From assembly GCF_019603315.1 (NCBI RefSeq), contig NZ_CP080649.1, positions 1,970,176 through 1,994,175 on the forward strand: 24,000 nucleotides of DNA, in the 5' to 3' direction. The position numbers and the translations under genes are program-made. Shown one piece after another: positions 1 through 9,720 of this stretch (the stretch's first letter is position 1; each line of letters starts with the position of its first letter). The notes beneath the pieces were generated by a model. It worked only from the letters and a program-made list of their open reading frames with translations, searched no databases and was not told the DNA's origin. Origin of the DNA: Ruficoccus sp. ZRK36. GTDB lineage: Bacteria > Verrucomicrobiota > Verrucomicrobiia > Opitutales > Cerasicoccaceae.

Positions 1-297
1 CCATGGTGACGCCTACATGGGTCTTTTTCTCCTTCATGGGATTCCGAGAGTGGCAGGTTCAGGTCTTGTCAGTAGGGTAGATAAGCGGAAAGCGCGCGGG
101 CGCATTTAAGAATTACATCATGCTTAGCAGCTTCTTTTCCTACTATATGAGTTGTTTATGAATGTAAACAACGCTGTGCGACGGTTTGCATAGAGGCGGT
201 CTTGTGAAGTCGGTGTATAGGCACATAGATTTGCCGACATGGAGTTAATCTGGCTCCACCGACAACATACGAAAAGACAAATATCCCAACAATAGCT

Positions 298-1212
298 ATG
301 AATATACGATCCATTCTTCTCGGGGGCACAGCCCTGATTGTTACCCCCATTCTGGCAAACGCCCAGACCATGCTGGTGGAGTATCTCTTTAACGGGACAG
401 GCACCACCGTCCAAAATACCGGCACGCTCGCCAATGCCGACCTGAACATGCTCAATAGTGATAATCAGGCCGCGGACCTCTATGGTAGCGCAGGCTCCGG
501 TGTTTCGGGCTCGGCTTCCGATTTCAGCTTTAACAATACGGCGTCCACCGGTATGGGAACCGTTTCCGGTCAGAGTTTTGTCGGGGGACGTGCTGAAGCT
601 TCGAGCTCCTTCAGCATGGACTCACAGGCGTCCTTTACGATCACCGGTTGGCTCAATACAACCGCCCTTGAAGGGTCGTCCGGGAATATCCTGGATCTGT
701 ATAATACGAGTGGTGAAAACCCGGTGGGGGTTCGCCTGTCCTATTCGCTTGGATCGGGGGGTACGGTTGGTTCTCTTGGGCTGAAAATTAATGGTGAGAA
801 CTATCCCTCCAGTACGGGAGGTGGCACTTTCCATTCCGGAGGGGAATGGGTGTTCTTTGCTGTGACCTACGATGGTACTGCGACCACGAACAATGTTGTT
901 TTCTACATTGGGGATAAGGAGACCTCGGTCGTCAAGAATGCCACCCGTAGTAGTGCAGAAGGCACGGTTGCCTTTACGGATGCAGACATGACGATCGGTA
1001 ATGTCGAGGGCTGGAACGGCCGCCCCTTTGACGGTATGCTGGATGATATCCGCATGTTTGGGTCAACGACTGATGCTTCTGGCGTCCTGTCGATCTCCGA
1101 GATCGAGGCCTACCGCGCCGCTGATGCCATCCCCGAGCCGAGCGAGTCCGCAATGATCCTCGGTGGTGTCTTACTGCTGCTGGCGCTGCTTCGCCGCCGC
1201 GCCTCCAAGTAG
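298..1212 (+). CDS. Secreted LamG/concanavalin-like domain protein with C-terminal PEP-CTERM sorting signal
   Basis: 304-aa ORF with N-terminal signal peptide (MNIRSILLGGTALIVTPILANAQT), LamG-like body (MLVEYLFNGTG...FTITGWLNT...GEWVFFAVTYDG...FDGMLDDIRMF) and a C-terminal 'PEPSESAMILGGVLLLLALLRRRASK' (PEP motif, TM helix, Arg cluster). Confidence 0.88.
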   Translation: MNIRSILLGGTALIVTPILANAQTMLVEYLFNGTGTTVQNTGTLANADLNMLNSDNQAADLYGSAGSGVSGSASDFSFNNTASTGMGTVSGQSFVGGRAEASSSFSMDSQASFTITGWLNTTALEGSSGNILDLYNTSGENPVGVRLSYSLGSGGTVGSLGLKINGENYPSSTGGGTFHSGGEWVFFAVTYDGTATTNNVVFYIGDKETSVVKNATRSSAEGTVAFTDADMTIGNVEGWNGRPFDGMLDDIRMFGSTTDASGVLSISEIEAYRAADAIPEPSESAMILGGVLLLLALLRRRASK

Positions 1213-1287
1213 ATCGTATTTCGTTTTAAAAAATCCCCTGATCACCCACAGTAGACAGGTATCTCCCTGTTGCTTGACGCCTCAAAA

Positions 1288-3933
1288 ATGAAAAATTCGT
1301 ATAAAATAAGAGTATGTATGTTGATCGGCACGCTGGCTGTTATGGCTGGCTCCGTGGTCAAGGCTGACCAGCCATCGTCAGCCTTGACCAACCCCGGCTT
1401 TGAGGCGCCGTATACACCAGCAGTCAGCACGTCACATGGGATAAGTGGCAAGGCGACTGTGACGGGGGAAATCGCCAAGGGATGGAGCGATAACTCCTCG
1501 TGGGCACCGGTGGTGGTGCACTACAGTGAGGCTTCAGGACTGGATGCCCACAGTGGAGATAGCGCTCAGCAGATTGCTATCGAGTCGATGAAGGACGGGC
1601 GCTTGCAGTTCGTTCAGCCCGTACAGATGAAGGCGGGGGAGGCTTACCGTGGCTCTATGTGGCTGCGGGCGTCGGGGTTTGTGACGGCGACGCTGTCGTT
1701 TCAAATGACGAAAAAGCCTTACCGTGCCGTCTCGCAGCAGCACATCGTTATCTCGCCGGAGTGGCGGGAGTACTCGGTCAGTGGGATGTCTAAGGAGGGT
1801 GAGCGAGCCTTTTTCATGCTGGGGATACCCAAGCTGGGTGATAGTTCCGCCACGATCTGGGTGGATGACGCCTCGGTTAAGAATATGGGTGATGCCGGCT
1901 CGGAGGCTCCTCCCCGGGAGGGCAACCTGCTCAACAACGGTTCGTTCGAGACAGAACTCTCCGGTGGATGGGGTGTATGGGTACGTGAATATAACTACCT
2001 GCAGGACGCCATTCGCACGGAGTTTCAGGACGATCGTCCCAGCTTTGACACCGAGACAAAAGTCGATGGGGTTCAATCCCTGCGCATTGATGTGCCCGAT
2101 GCCCGCGCCGCGCTAGTGGCTTCGCCCTTTGTGCCGTACCATTTCAATCGTGAGCATACAGCCTCGATTATGCTTAAGGCAAGTCGGCCGACGATGGCGA
2201 CTTTTTACATCGATGGTGTTCCGGATAGCCAAAAGCGGATCATGATCGAAAAGGAGTGGAAGCGCTTTTCGGTCTCGGCGGAGCTGCCCTATGGCGAGAT
2301 GACACGTTTTGTCCTGCGACTGTGGCCGGATAAGGCGACAACGATCTGGGCTGACGCTGCGCAAATCGAAGAAAAGCCGGAAGCGACCGAAGAGTATATA
2401 GCCGCATGGCCGGTTGAATTGGGGATCAACGTCACGCGTCCGGGCGGAATTGTTTTCGATGGGGAAGCTGCTCCGGTGCTTATCACGACAGGTGGTGAAC
2501 CTCTCCCTGAGGGTGCGCATCTGAGCTGGGAAGTGCATGCCCTAAAGGGTGAAAATGTCACGCTGCCGGATCTGGCGCTGCCTGCCACAACAGTCGAGGC
2601 CCCCCAGTCACGTATGGAGTATGAGATCGAACCTTCAGCAGAGGGACCCCGCGGGATGTTTATGATCCGCGGTAAGGTCGTCGATGCCGAGGGGAACGAT
2701 CTGTCGGCACCCGTTGAGGCGATCTTTGCCCGCCTGCCGCAGCCCCGCGAGCTTCCTGCCGAGAAGTCCTTCTTTGGCGCTCACTGCCACCTGACTCCCG
2801 AGCTGATCGAGATCCTGCGCGGGACGGGGTTCCGCTGGGTGCGCCTGCATGATACCAGTAACCTCACCAAGTGGCGCTACGTGGAAGAGAACAAGGGTGA
2901 ATTTGTCTTCCAGGACGAGGGCATCGATGCCGCCCGTGCCGCTGGACTGCAGATTCTTGGCATGCTCGACGGTGCACCGCCCTGGGCGATGAAAGAGCCG
3001 CGTGCCCTGCTCGGTAATCACTCTGTCTATAACCTGCCGGATATCCCCAACGCCTATGAGTATTGGGCCCGTTACGTGGACAAAACGGTGGAGCACTACA
3101 AGGGCCGCGTTGACTACTGGGAGGTCTGGAATGAGCCCTGGGCCAACGAAAGCCGTTTCGGGCTCTCGTCAGAGATGTATGCCGACCTGCTCATGTATGC
3201 CTACGATGCGGCCAAAGATGCCAACCCTGAGTCGGTCATCGTCGGCGTCAACTCGGTTGCCCATAGCAAGCAGGGGGATGATTTTACCGCTGGAGTACTG
3301 GCCATTACCGGGCTGGACTACTTCGACATCTTCTCCGTCCATAACTATAACCCCTCGCTCTACGGCGGCCACCCTTCGCAGGCCGACAAGATCGTTGAGA
3401 AGTTCGACGGCTATATGGCTAAGTACGGTGAGCCCAAACCGATCTGGGATACCGAGGGCGGTCCCGGTGTAACCACCTCGTGGTACTGGGCCAACGAAGA
3501 TGACGAGATGATGATCCGCCAGCAGATGGCCCATCTTGTCCGCTTTGATGTGACGCAGATGGCTGCGGGCATTGAGCGCTTCTTTTACTACAGCATATAT
3601 TTCCACCAGAGCCGGGGCGCCAAGTCGGGCTTCCCCACGGTGGAGCACGATCGCTCAATTCACCCGGTGATGGCAGTTAGCGCGGTTCTGGCCAGCCTGG
3701 TCGATGGTGCCACCAGCAAGGGCTACGTAACGCCTCAGGACGGTATCGAAGGCTATCGCTTTGTCCAGGATGACGGGATGGACATCTCCGTGCTGTGGAG
3801 TGTGGATGGAAGCGTGCAGGAGTATCTGAAGCAGAAGGATACCGAGGTCTGGGATGTGCTGGGTAACAGTCTGGATAGTTCTACCATTCCCCTGTCTGTT
3901 GAGCCCATCTATGTAATTCGTAAGCAGCCTTAA
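1288..3933 (+). CDS. Secreted glycoside hydrolase of the clan GH-A TIM-barrel type (GH39/GH5-like) with N-terminal carbohydrate-binding-like modules
   Basis: ORF track gives 1270 (TTG), but ATG 1288 followed by a signal peptide is more plausible. N-terminal repeated 'NPGFE/NNGSFE' jelly-roll modules. Catalytic region has 'YWEVWNEPWANES' (acid/base) and 'PKPIWDTEGGPG' (candidate nucleophile). Confidence 0.85.
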   Translation: MKNSYKIRVCMLIGTLAVMAGSVVKADQPSSALTNPGFEAPYTPAVSTSHGISGKATVTGEIAKGWSDNSSWAPVVVHYSEASGLDAHSGDSAQQIAIESMKDGRLQFVQPVQMKAGEAYRGSMWLRASGFVTATLSFQMTKKPYRAVSQQHIVISPEWREYSVSGMSKEGERAFFMLGIPKLGDSSATIWVDDASVKNMGDAGSEAPPREGNLLNNGSFETELSGGWGVWVREYNYLQDAIRTEFQDDRPSFDTETKVDGVQSLRIDVPDARAALVASPFVPYHFNREHTASIMLKASRPTMATFYIDGVPDSQKRIMIEKEWKRFSVSAELPYGEMTRFVLRLWPDKATTIWADAAQIEEKPEATEEYIAAWPVELGINVTRPGGIVFDGEAAPVLITTGGEPLPEGAHLSWEVHALKGENVTLPDLALPATTVEAPQSRMEYEIEPSAEGPRGMFMIRGKVVDAEGNDLSAPVEAIFARLPQPRELPAEKSFFGAHCHLTPELIEILRGTGFRWVRLHDTSNLTKWRYVEENKGEFVFQDEGIDAARAAGLQILGMLDGAPPWAMKEPRALLGNHSVYNLPDIPNAYEYWARYVDKTVEHYKGRVDYWEVWNEPWANESRFGLSSEMYADLLMYAYDAAKDANPESVIVGVNSVAHSKQGDDFTAGVLAITGLDYFDIFSVHNYNPSLYGGHPSQADKIVEKFDGYMAKYGEPKPIWDTEGGPGVTTSWYWANEDDEMMIRQQMAHLVRFDVTQMAAGIERFFYYSIYFHQSRGAKSGFPTVEHDRSIHPVMAVSAVLASLVDGATSKGYVTPQDGIEGYRFVQDDGMDISVLWSVDGSVQEYLKQKDTEVWDVLGNSLDSSTIPLSVEPIYVIRKQP

Positions 3934-4002
3934 TCTTGGGTTTAACACTTCGGTAAAAATGCGAAAGACTCCCTAATCGAAACCCTGGAGAAACTACCCC
4001 CC

Positions 4003-4701
4003 ATGCCCCAGCTAAATTCCAGTCATACCACACGGTTCCGATGGTCTGATAATGTACGCCCTGCATTTTCGCTGGTCGAGCTCATGGTCGTAATGGTTGT
4101 CCTGGCCGTGCTGGCGGCTGTGCTGGTCCCCATGGCCTCCACGATCATGCGGGACAGTAATCAAACCAAGTGCGTCCAGAACCTGCGCTCGATTGGAGTG
4201 GCGATGCACCTGTATGCCAGCGACCACGGCGGTAAACTTCCAGGGCCGACCTATAACAGCCAAAAGGCAGGGCCGGATGACCGTCGCTTCCTCGCCTATT
4301 ATTTACTGCCCTATATCGGCCACCCAAATGAAGGGGCGGGGAGTAGTTACCCGGAGTCAGCGCCGATCAGGCTCTTGTGGACCACACCCGTCTTGGAGTT
4401 CCGCTGCCCCTCGACGGAGGACGATGAGATTTCCTACGTGGCTGCGCACTCGATCCGCTCAGACACCAACACGAACATGAGCCCCTGGGGACTCGTATCT
4501 GGCAGCTATGGCCGCAACATGGAGCCGATGACACTACTGCAGCTTGACAGCCACTACGCCTTGGCCGGTCAGTGGGCGATCCGGGATCGCTATGGAGTCG
4601 CTCCGGCCTATCGCCCGAGTACGAATCAACCTGTCGGACCTCCCCGCCATGGTTTGACCAACGTGCTCTTTTTCGATGGACACGTCGAGGGTGAGAAATA
4701 A
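4003..4701 (+). CDS. Type II secretion/type IV pilin-like pseudopilin (prepilin N-terminal methylation signal, H-X9-DG-like C-terminus)
   Basis: 'PAFSLVELMVVMVVLAVLAAVLVPMAS' prepilin cleavage/methylation signal; C-terminus 'HGLTNVLFFDGHVEGEK'. Confidence 0.88.
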   Translation: MPQLNSSHTTRFRWSDNVRPAFSLVELMVVMVVLAVLAAVLVPMASTIMRDSNQTKCVQNLRSIGVAMHLYASDHGGKLPGPTYNSQKAGPDDRRFLAYYLLPYIGHPNEGAGSSYPESAPIRLLWTTPVLEFRCPSTEDDEISYVAAHSIRSDTNTNMSPWGLVSGSYGRNMEPMTLLQLDSHYALAGQWAIRDRYGVAPAYRPSTNQPVGPPRHGLTNVLFFDGHVEGEK

Positions 4702-4793
4702 ACTGTGATAGCCGATGTTACTGTCGGCACGGGGTAGCCCTGCTTGTGTGCCCGTGCTTGTCCCTTTAACGATTGCTAACGCCATTCTTCCCA

Positions 4794-6845
4794 ATGAAAT
4801 CCTGTTTGTTGTTTGCCAGTATGATGCTGGCCATTACTGCCACCGCTGAGGTGAATCTACCTGCGATTATTTCCGATCACATGGTCCTGCGTAAGGCTGC
4901 GGACACCCCTGTCTGGGGGACAGCCGCACCGGACGAAACCGTCAAAGTGACCCTCGCAGATGCAACGGCGACGGCGACAGCCGATGCTGACGGAAACTGG
5001 CAGGTGGAGCTCGACCTGAGCGACTCGGCCCCCGGCCCCTTTGAGATGTCGGTGACCGGCAAGAACCAGCTCGTCGTCCATGATGTGCTGGTGGGCGAGG
5101 TCTGGGTGGCCTCCGGGCAGTCGAACATGGGCTTCCTGCTTGAGCGGGAGCGCAGTAGTGCCGAAGAGATTCCGCAGAGTAATTACCCGATGATCCGGCA
5201 GTTCCAGGTTGCCCCGTATGTCTCTATCCCTGAGCCGCGCGAGGAGTGCGAAGGTAAATGGGTCGTATGCAGCCCGGAAACGGCGGGTCGCTTTACCGCC
5301 GTCGGTTATTTCTTTGCCAAGTCGCTCGTGCAGGAGCTGGATGTGCCGGTCGGTTTGCTTTTTAACGCCTGGGGCGGGACACCGGTTGAGGCCTGGATGA
5401 GTCAGGACGCCATCGCTCAGAACGCAGACCTGAAAGCACGTGGCGATAAGGCGATCAAGGACCAGATCGAGTACAAGCCGCGCAAAAAAGCCTACGATAA
5501 GGCTTTCGCCCAGTGGTTGAAAGATACGGGCCGCGAAGATCATTTCCCGAAGGACGTCGAAGCCTATGCAGGCATGGATGTGGACACGACAGACTGGCAG
5601 CGTATTGATATGCCGAGCACAATTTTCGGAGGCGACCTGCCCGAGGATGGCGTGGTGTGGCTGCGTGGGGAGGTAAACATCCCCGCCAACATGCTCAACG
5701 GGAAGATCCCCGTTCGTATTGGCAGTATGGAGGCGTTCCCGACAGTTTACTGGAACGGTGAAAAGGTCAGCACCGGGACCTTTGAAAACTATCCGGGGAA
5801 GGGCTACACCTATCGCTATTACATCAGTGCTCCTCACCTGAAAGAGGGTAAGAATGTCGTGGCTATCCGCTTCTATGCCCCCTACGGCAACACAGAGAAA
5901 GTTGATGTGCATTGCGATTTCGCGCCGTTTATCGATGGCCTGAAGGCTAAGGTCGAGTACACGCTTCCGCCGCTCACTCCCGCGCAAAAAACCTCCATGC
6001 CGCAGGCGCTGGACAATCCGCTGCGAGGGCAGGATGTGGCGACATACCTTTACAACGGCATGATCGCCCCGATCCTGCGCTACGGCATCTCGGGCGTGAT
6101 CTGGTACCAAGGGGAGAGTAATGTCAGCCGTGGCTACGATTACCGCATCGCCTTTCCGCTCATGATCCAGGATTGGCGGGAAAAGTGGGGGCAGGGTGAC
6201 TTTCCGTTCTATTTTTGCCAGCTGGCTAATATCGGGGACAAACAGAGGACGCCCGAGAAATCGGCTTGGGCAGCGACACGCGAATCTCAGGCTGCTGCTC
6301 TCGACCTGCCGAATACCGGTATGGCCGTGCTGATCGATCTGGGCGAGGCCAAGGACGTACATGCGCGCAACAAGTCCGATGTCGGCGACCGTCTGGCCCG
6401 TATCGCGCTGGCCGAGACCTACGGTCAGGATGTGGAGCCTTTCGGCCCGATGTTCGAGTCCATGGACATTGAGGGCGACAAGCTCGTACTGAGTTTCTCC
6501 CATGTCGGGGATGGTCTGGAGGCTAAATCGGTTCCTGACACGTACGTACTCTCTTCACTGTCTGGAAAGACTGCTCCGCTCGTCCGCAACAGTCCCGAAA
6601 GTGAGCTGGAAGGATTCGCCGTTTGCGGGAAGGACCGCAAATGGGCCTGGGCCGAGGCGAAGATCGAGGGGGATCAGGTCGTTGTCTGGTCCGATAGCGT
6701 TAAGGAGCCCATCGCGGTCCGCTACAGCTGGGGTAACAACCCAAGCGGAAACCTGTACAACAGCAGTGGCCTGCCAGCAGCACCTTTCCGCACGGATGAG
6801 TTCCCGGTCTCCAGTCAGGGTAACCATTACTACAAGGCGGACTGA
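4794..6845 (+). CDS. Sialate O-acetylesterase (SGNH/SASA-family acetylesterase)
   Basis: Signal peptide, 'LPAIISDHMVLRKAADTPVWGTA', 'GEVWVASGQSNMGFLL', 'GVIWYQGESNVSRG', 'DLGEAKDVHARNKSDVGDRLARIAL'. ORF track starts at 4773 (TTG); ATG at 4794 gives a cleaner signal peptide. Confidence 0.92.
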   Translation: MKSCLLFASMMLAITATAEVNLPAIISDHMVLRKAADTPVWGTAAPDETVKVTLADATATATADADGNWQVELDLSDSAPGPFEMSVTGKNQLVVHDVLVGEVWVASGQSNMGFLLERERSSAEEIPQSNYPMIRQFQVAPYVSIPEPREECEGKWVVCSPETAGRFTAVGYFFAKSLVQELDVPVGLLFNAWGGTPVEAWMSQDAIAQNADLKARGDKAIKDQIEYKPRKKAYDKAFAQWLKDTGREDHFPKDVEAYAGMDVDTTDWQRIDMPSTIFGGDLPEDGVVWLRGEVNIPANMLNGKIPVRIGSMEAFPTVYWNGEKVSTGTFENYPGKGYTYRYYISAPHLKEGKNVVAIRFYAPYGNTEKVDVHCDFAPFIDGLKAKVEYTLPPLTPAQKTSMPQALDNPLRGQDVATYLYNGMIAPILRYGISGVIWYQGESNVSRGYDYRIAFPLMIQDWREKWGQGDFPFYFCQLANIGDKQRTPEKSAWAATRESQAAALDLPNTGMAVLIDLGEAKDVHARNKSDVGDRLARIALAETYGQDVEPFGPMFESMDIEGDKLVLSFSHVGDGLEAKSVPDTYVLSSLSGKTAPLVRNSPESELEGFAVCGKDRKWAWAEAKIEGDQVVVWSDSVKEPIAVRYSWGNNPSGNLYNSSGLPAAPFRTDEFPVSSQGNHYYKAD

Positions 6846-6960
6846 GCTCAGGTTTCTGATTGTCCTTTTGCGGCTCGTTTCGAACGCATGTGGACAGGGG
6901 GGGACTGTCACGAACGACTTGAAGTTCCTCGGGCAAATCCCGGCTCTGCCATCCATTTAA

Positions 6961-6988
6961 AAAGCCCTCGGTTTTCACCGAGGGCTTT
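6961..6988. terminator. Bidirectional rho-independent-like terminator between convergent genes
   Basis: AAAGCCCTCGGT-TTTC-ACCGAGGGCTTT, a perfect 12-bp stem, between the sialate O-acetylesterase (+) and the lyase-like gene (-). Confidence 0.85.
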
Positions 6989-7047
6989 CTTATTTAGAAT
7001 ACTGGCGGGCGACGCTGGTTTATCGCCGCCGTTGGCTGCTGCGTCGT

Positions 7048-7848
7048 TTACTGAGGGACGACGTCGTAGTAGTCGGCGTTAGCATCGCCGATACGGATCT
7101 CGTCGAAGTAGATGTCTCCGTCCCCCCCACCATTGGACGGATAGAGGCCGATCTTCAGGTACTCTTCATGATCTCTGGCAGTACCGCTCCGGTCCAGGGT
7201 CGCGATATTGGGGCCGGTGTCACGGTAGACGAGCTCGTCGTTAATCCAGATTTCCCAAAAGCCAGAGGAGTCAGCCGCATAGCGGAAGTGACAGACGACA
7301 TCGTACCAGACGAATTTTGAGAATCGGAGCGGGACCTTGATCTGCCCCTGCACGGCACCTCCTGTGAGGGGAGGGACATTGATGAGGGCGTCATTGGTGG
7401 ACATGCGCAGGTAGAGGTCGCCTCCCACCATGGCCTGCATGGTGAAGCCATTGACCCCGGCCCCGACGCTCCAGTCGTTGTCATGGGGGACGGAGTGATG
7501 CTGTAGGATGATGCCGCACTCCTCCACCTGCTGCCAGACCTGAAAGCTGAAGCCGAGCCAGTACTCTTCTTCCCACTGGAAGCGATCGGTAATGGGGACG
7601 AGCTCTGCACGGCGGTCGCCATTGGCGCCAAATGTCTGCATATGGACGGCGTAGCTGCCGCTGCGTACGGGGCTGGAAACGACTTCGATCAACGAGGTAG
7701 GCCCGTCGATACTGGTGCTCCATTTAGTGGTGTAGTCTCCGGATTCGAAGCCGTCCTCGAAGAGGATTTCGGCATCGGCCTGAAACATAGGCATGCAGCA
7801 GCATGCGAGGAGTGCGATACATGAGGTCGGGGTTTTGACTCTTAGCAT
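7048..7848 (-). CDS. Secreted heparin lyase I-like / polysaccharide lyase-like (concanavalin-fold) protein, copy A
   Basis: Signal peptide 'MLRVKTPTSCIALLACCCMPMFQADA', then 'EILFEDGFESGDYTTKW...RRAELVP...WLGFSFQV...IILQHHSVPHD...VWYDVVCHFRYAAD..GFWEIWINDELVY...YLKIGLYPSNG'. Confidence 0.72.
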   Translation of the reverse strand: MLRVKTPTSCIALLACCCMPMFQADAEILFEDGFESGDYTTKWSTSIDGPTSLIEVVSSPVRSGSYAVHMQTFGANGDRRAELVPITDRFQWEEEYWLGFSFQVWQQVEECGIILQHHSVPHDNDWSVGAGVNGFTMQAMVGGDLYLRMSTNDALINVPPLTGGAVQGQIKVPLRFSKFVWYDVVCHFRYAADSSGFWEIWINDELVYRDTGPNIATLDRSGTARDHEEYLKIGLYPSNGGGDGDIYFDEIRIGDANADYYDVVPQ

Positions 7849-8165
7849 TACGTTTTATATTTGGGGTTACGAGATGGCAAAGCAACGGGCTGCGGGGCTG
7901 TGACGCACGTCACGTAGTGCGCCTTGTACAGAGCAAAATACGGGCGTCGCTGATCGTCTTCAGCAGCTTTCGCAGGGGTAGGGGGCAGGAGGTCTTTGTT
8001 GGCAGGAGGGGTCCCACGCAGCACATGCGAACCAGTATGGTTGCCGAGGTATGCCTGTAAAGGGACGCTCTACAAACACACGTTTGTAGCGAGGGGAGGG
8101 GGCGCTTCGCTCTGGCAGACGACCATCCTGCGAGTCTGCTCATCCTGAGTGCTGCGCGCATTGAA

Positions 8166-8193
8166 AAAGCCCCCGGCTTTCACCGAGGGCTTT
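8166..8193. terminator. Imperfect copy of the 6961-6988 terminator
   Basis: AAAGCCCCCGGC-TTTC-ACCGAGGGCTTT, same layout with two mismatched positions, directly downstream of copy B (- strand). Confidence 0.7.
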
Positions 8194-8244
8194 ATCATTG
8201 GAAGGTTAGAGGAGACGGGCGAGCTGATCGCCGTGTCCTGATCC

Positions 8245-9054
8245 TCAATCGATCATTGCGGGACGAACGTCGTAATAGCTGGCGTTGGCGTCGCCGATAC
8301 GGATCTCGTCGAAGAAGACCTCTCCGTCTGCGCCGTTTCTGGACGGGTAGAGGCCGATTTTCAGGTACTCTTCAGGATCTCTGTTTGTGCCACTGCGGTC
8401 CAACACGCCGATGTTCGGGCCCGCATCGCGATAGACGAGCTCGTCGTTGATCCAGACTTCCCAAAAGCCGGTAGAGTCGGCCGCATAGCGGAAGTGGCAC
8501 ACCACATCATACCAGACGTGCTTTGTGAATCTGAGGGGCACCCTGATTTGCCCCCAATCAGCCCCGGTCCCATCGGGCGTTTTATGGATGATGGCGTCAT
8601 TGGTCGACACATGCAGATCGAGAAAGCCTCCGCTAAAGGCCTTTAGGGTAAAGCCGTTGGGGCCGGCGCCGACGCTCCAGTCCCTGTCGTGGGGGACTGA
8701 GTGGTGCTGGACGATAATACCACACTCACCGACATACTGCCTGACCTGGAAGCTGAAGCCGAGCCAGTACTCCTGCTCCCAATAGAAGCTCTCTGTGATG
8801 GGGACAAGCTCAGCGCGGCGGTCGCCATTAGCGCCGGTGGTCTTCATGTGGACGGCGTAGCTGCCACTGCGTACGGGGCTGGAAACGACCTCGATCAGCG
8901 AGGTTGGTCCTTCGGCACTGGTATTCCATTTCGTGGTGTAGTCTCCGGATTCGAAGCCGTCCTCGAAGAGGATTTCGGCATTCACCTGAGACATCGGGAT
9001 GCAGCAGCATGCGAGGAGGGCGATACATGAGATCGGGGTTTTGACTCTTGGCAT
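8245..9054 (-). CDS. Secreted heparin lyase I-like / polysaccharide lyase-like protein, copy B (paralog of 7048..7848)
   Basis: Nearly colinear with copy A over its full length (signal peptide MPRVKTPISCIALLACCCIPMSQVNA; DGFESGDYTTKWNTSAEGPTSLIEVVSSPVRSGSYAVHMKT...). Confidence 0.72.
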   Translation of the reverse strand: MPRVKTPISCIALLACCCIPMSQVNAEILFEDGFESGDYTTKWNTSAEGPTSLIEVVSSPVRSGSYAVHMKTTGANGDRRAELVPITESFYWEQEYWLGFSFQVRQYVGECGIIVQHHSVPHDRDWSVGAGPNGFTLKAFSGGFLDLHVSTNDAIIHKTPDGTGADWGQIRVPLRFTKHVWYDVVCHFRYAADSTGFWEVWINDELVYRDAGPNIGVLDRSGTNRDPEEYLKIGLYPSRNGADGEVFFDEIRIGDANASYYDVRPAMID

Positions 9055-9380
9055 AACGATTTATACGTGGGGTTAACGAGATGGCAAAGCAACTGGCTGC
9101 GAAGGTACCTGGGCACATCCCGTGACGTGCCTTTTGCCTGGCAAAAGCCGAGCATCGCTGATCGTCGTCAGCGTTTTTCGCAGGGGCAGGGGGCAGGGGG
9201 TCTTTGTCGGCAGGAGGGGTCCTACGCAGCACATGCGGGCTAGTATTGCCCTTGTCGTACGCCTGTAAAGGGTGGCGCTACTCGTACATGATTGTAACGC
9301 CTGCATCACCCATCAGGGGCGCGATTACGGGCTGCTGCCCCGTCCTGATAAACGATACGGGACCTGCCTTTAGCCGACCT

Positions 9381-9707
9381 TCAGCTCGCAGTCGTGCTCA
9401 TCTTAAGCCCGGCAATCCCGACGATGATCAGCAGGACGCAGACGACTTTGATGACATGGGCAGGCTCTCCTAAAAAGAGCATGCCGATCACCGTCGTACC
9501 CACGATGCCGATCCCGACCCATACCGCATAGGCGACGCCCATGGGGAGCGCGCGCATCGCGACACCGAGCAGGAATATGCTCAGGACCATGGCCAGTACC
9601 GTTCCGACGGTAGGCCACAGGCGGGAAAACCCTTCCGTGTATTTGAGACCAACGGCCCAGCCGATTTCCAGCAGGCCAGCGACAATCAGAATTAACCAAT
9701 GCATCAT
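9381..9707 (-). CDS. gdx (sugE): Small multidrug resistance family exporter of the SugE/Gdx type (guanidinium exporter)
   Basis: 108-aa four-TM protein 'MHWLILIVAGLLEIGWAVGLKYTEGFSRLWPTVGTVLAMVLSIFLLGVAMRALPMGVAYAVWVGIGIVGT'; matches the SugE pattern (IAGLLE..WAVGLKYT.GFSRL.P). Start may be the second ATG (9702-9704). Confidence 0.93.
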   Translation of the reverse strand: MMHWLILIVAGLLEIGWAVGLKYTEGFSRLWPTVGTVLAMVLSIFLLGVAMRALPMGVAYAVWVGIGIVGTTVIGMLFLGEPAHVIKVVCVLLIIVGIAGLKMSTTAS

Positions 9708-9720
9708 TCATGGGGATTGC

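Larger units (their letters stand above)
6961..8073. repeat. Tandem duplication unit A (terminator + gene + upstream region)
   Basis: Resembles unit B at 8166-9282 in the same order, ending in CCTGTAAAGGG..CGCT(C)TAC; detected by eye. Confidence 0.8.
8166..9282. repeat. Tandem duplication unit B (terminator + gene + upstream region)
   Basis: Shares with unit A the blocks 'gggttttgactct', 'gagatggcaaagcaac', 'atcgctgatcgtc', 'gcaggaggggtcc.acgcagcacatgcg' and 'cctgtaaaggg'. Confidence 0.8.

Noticed and set aside
1-297. Weak inverted repeats upstream of the first PEP-CTERM gene (GTCGGTG 209-215 with CACCGAC 257-263, and TGGAG 240-244 with CTCCA 254-258)
   Set aside because: The arms overlap and cannot form together; short and without further support, so consistent with chance.
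1534-2538. Several 130-180 aa ORFs inside or antisense to the glycoside hydrolase
   Set aside because: All overlap the main 1288..3933 frame, whose product has coherent domains; they lack any recognisable motif.
4857-6503. 548-aa ORF antisense to the sialate O-acetylesterase
   Set aside because: High-GC shadow ORF on the opposite strand of a well-supported gene; no recognisable domain.
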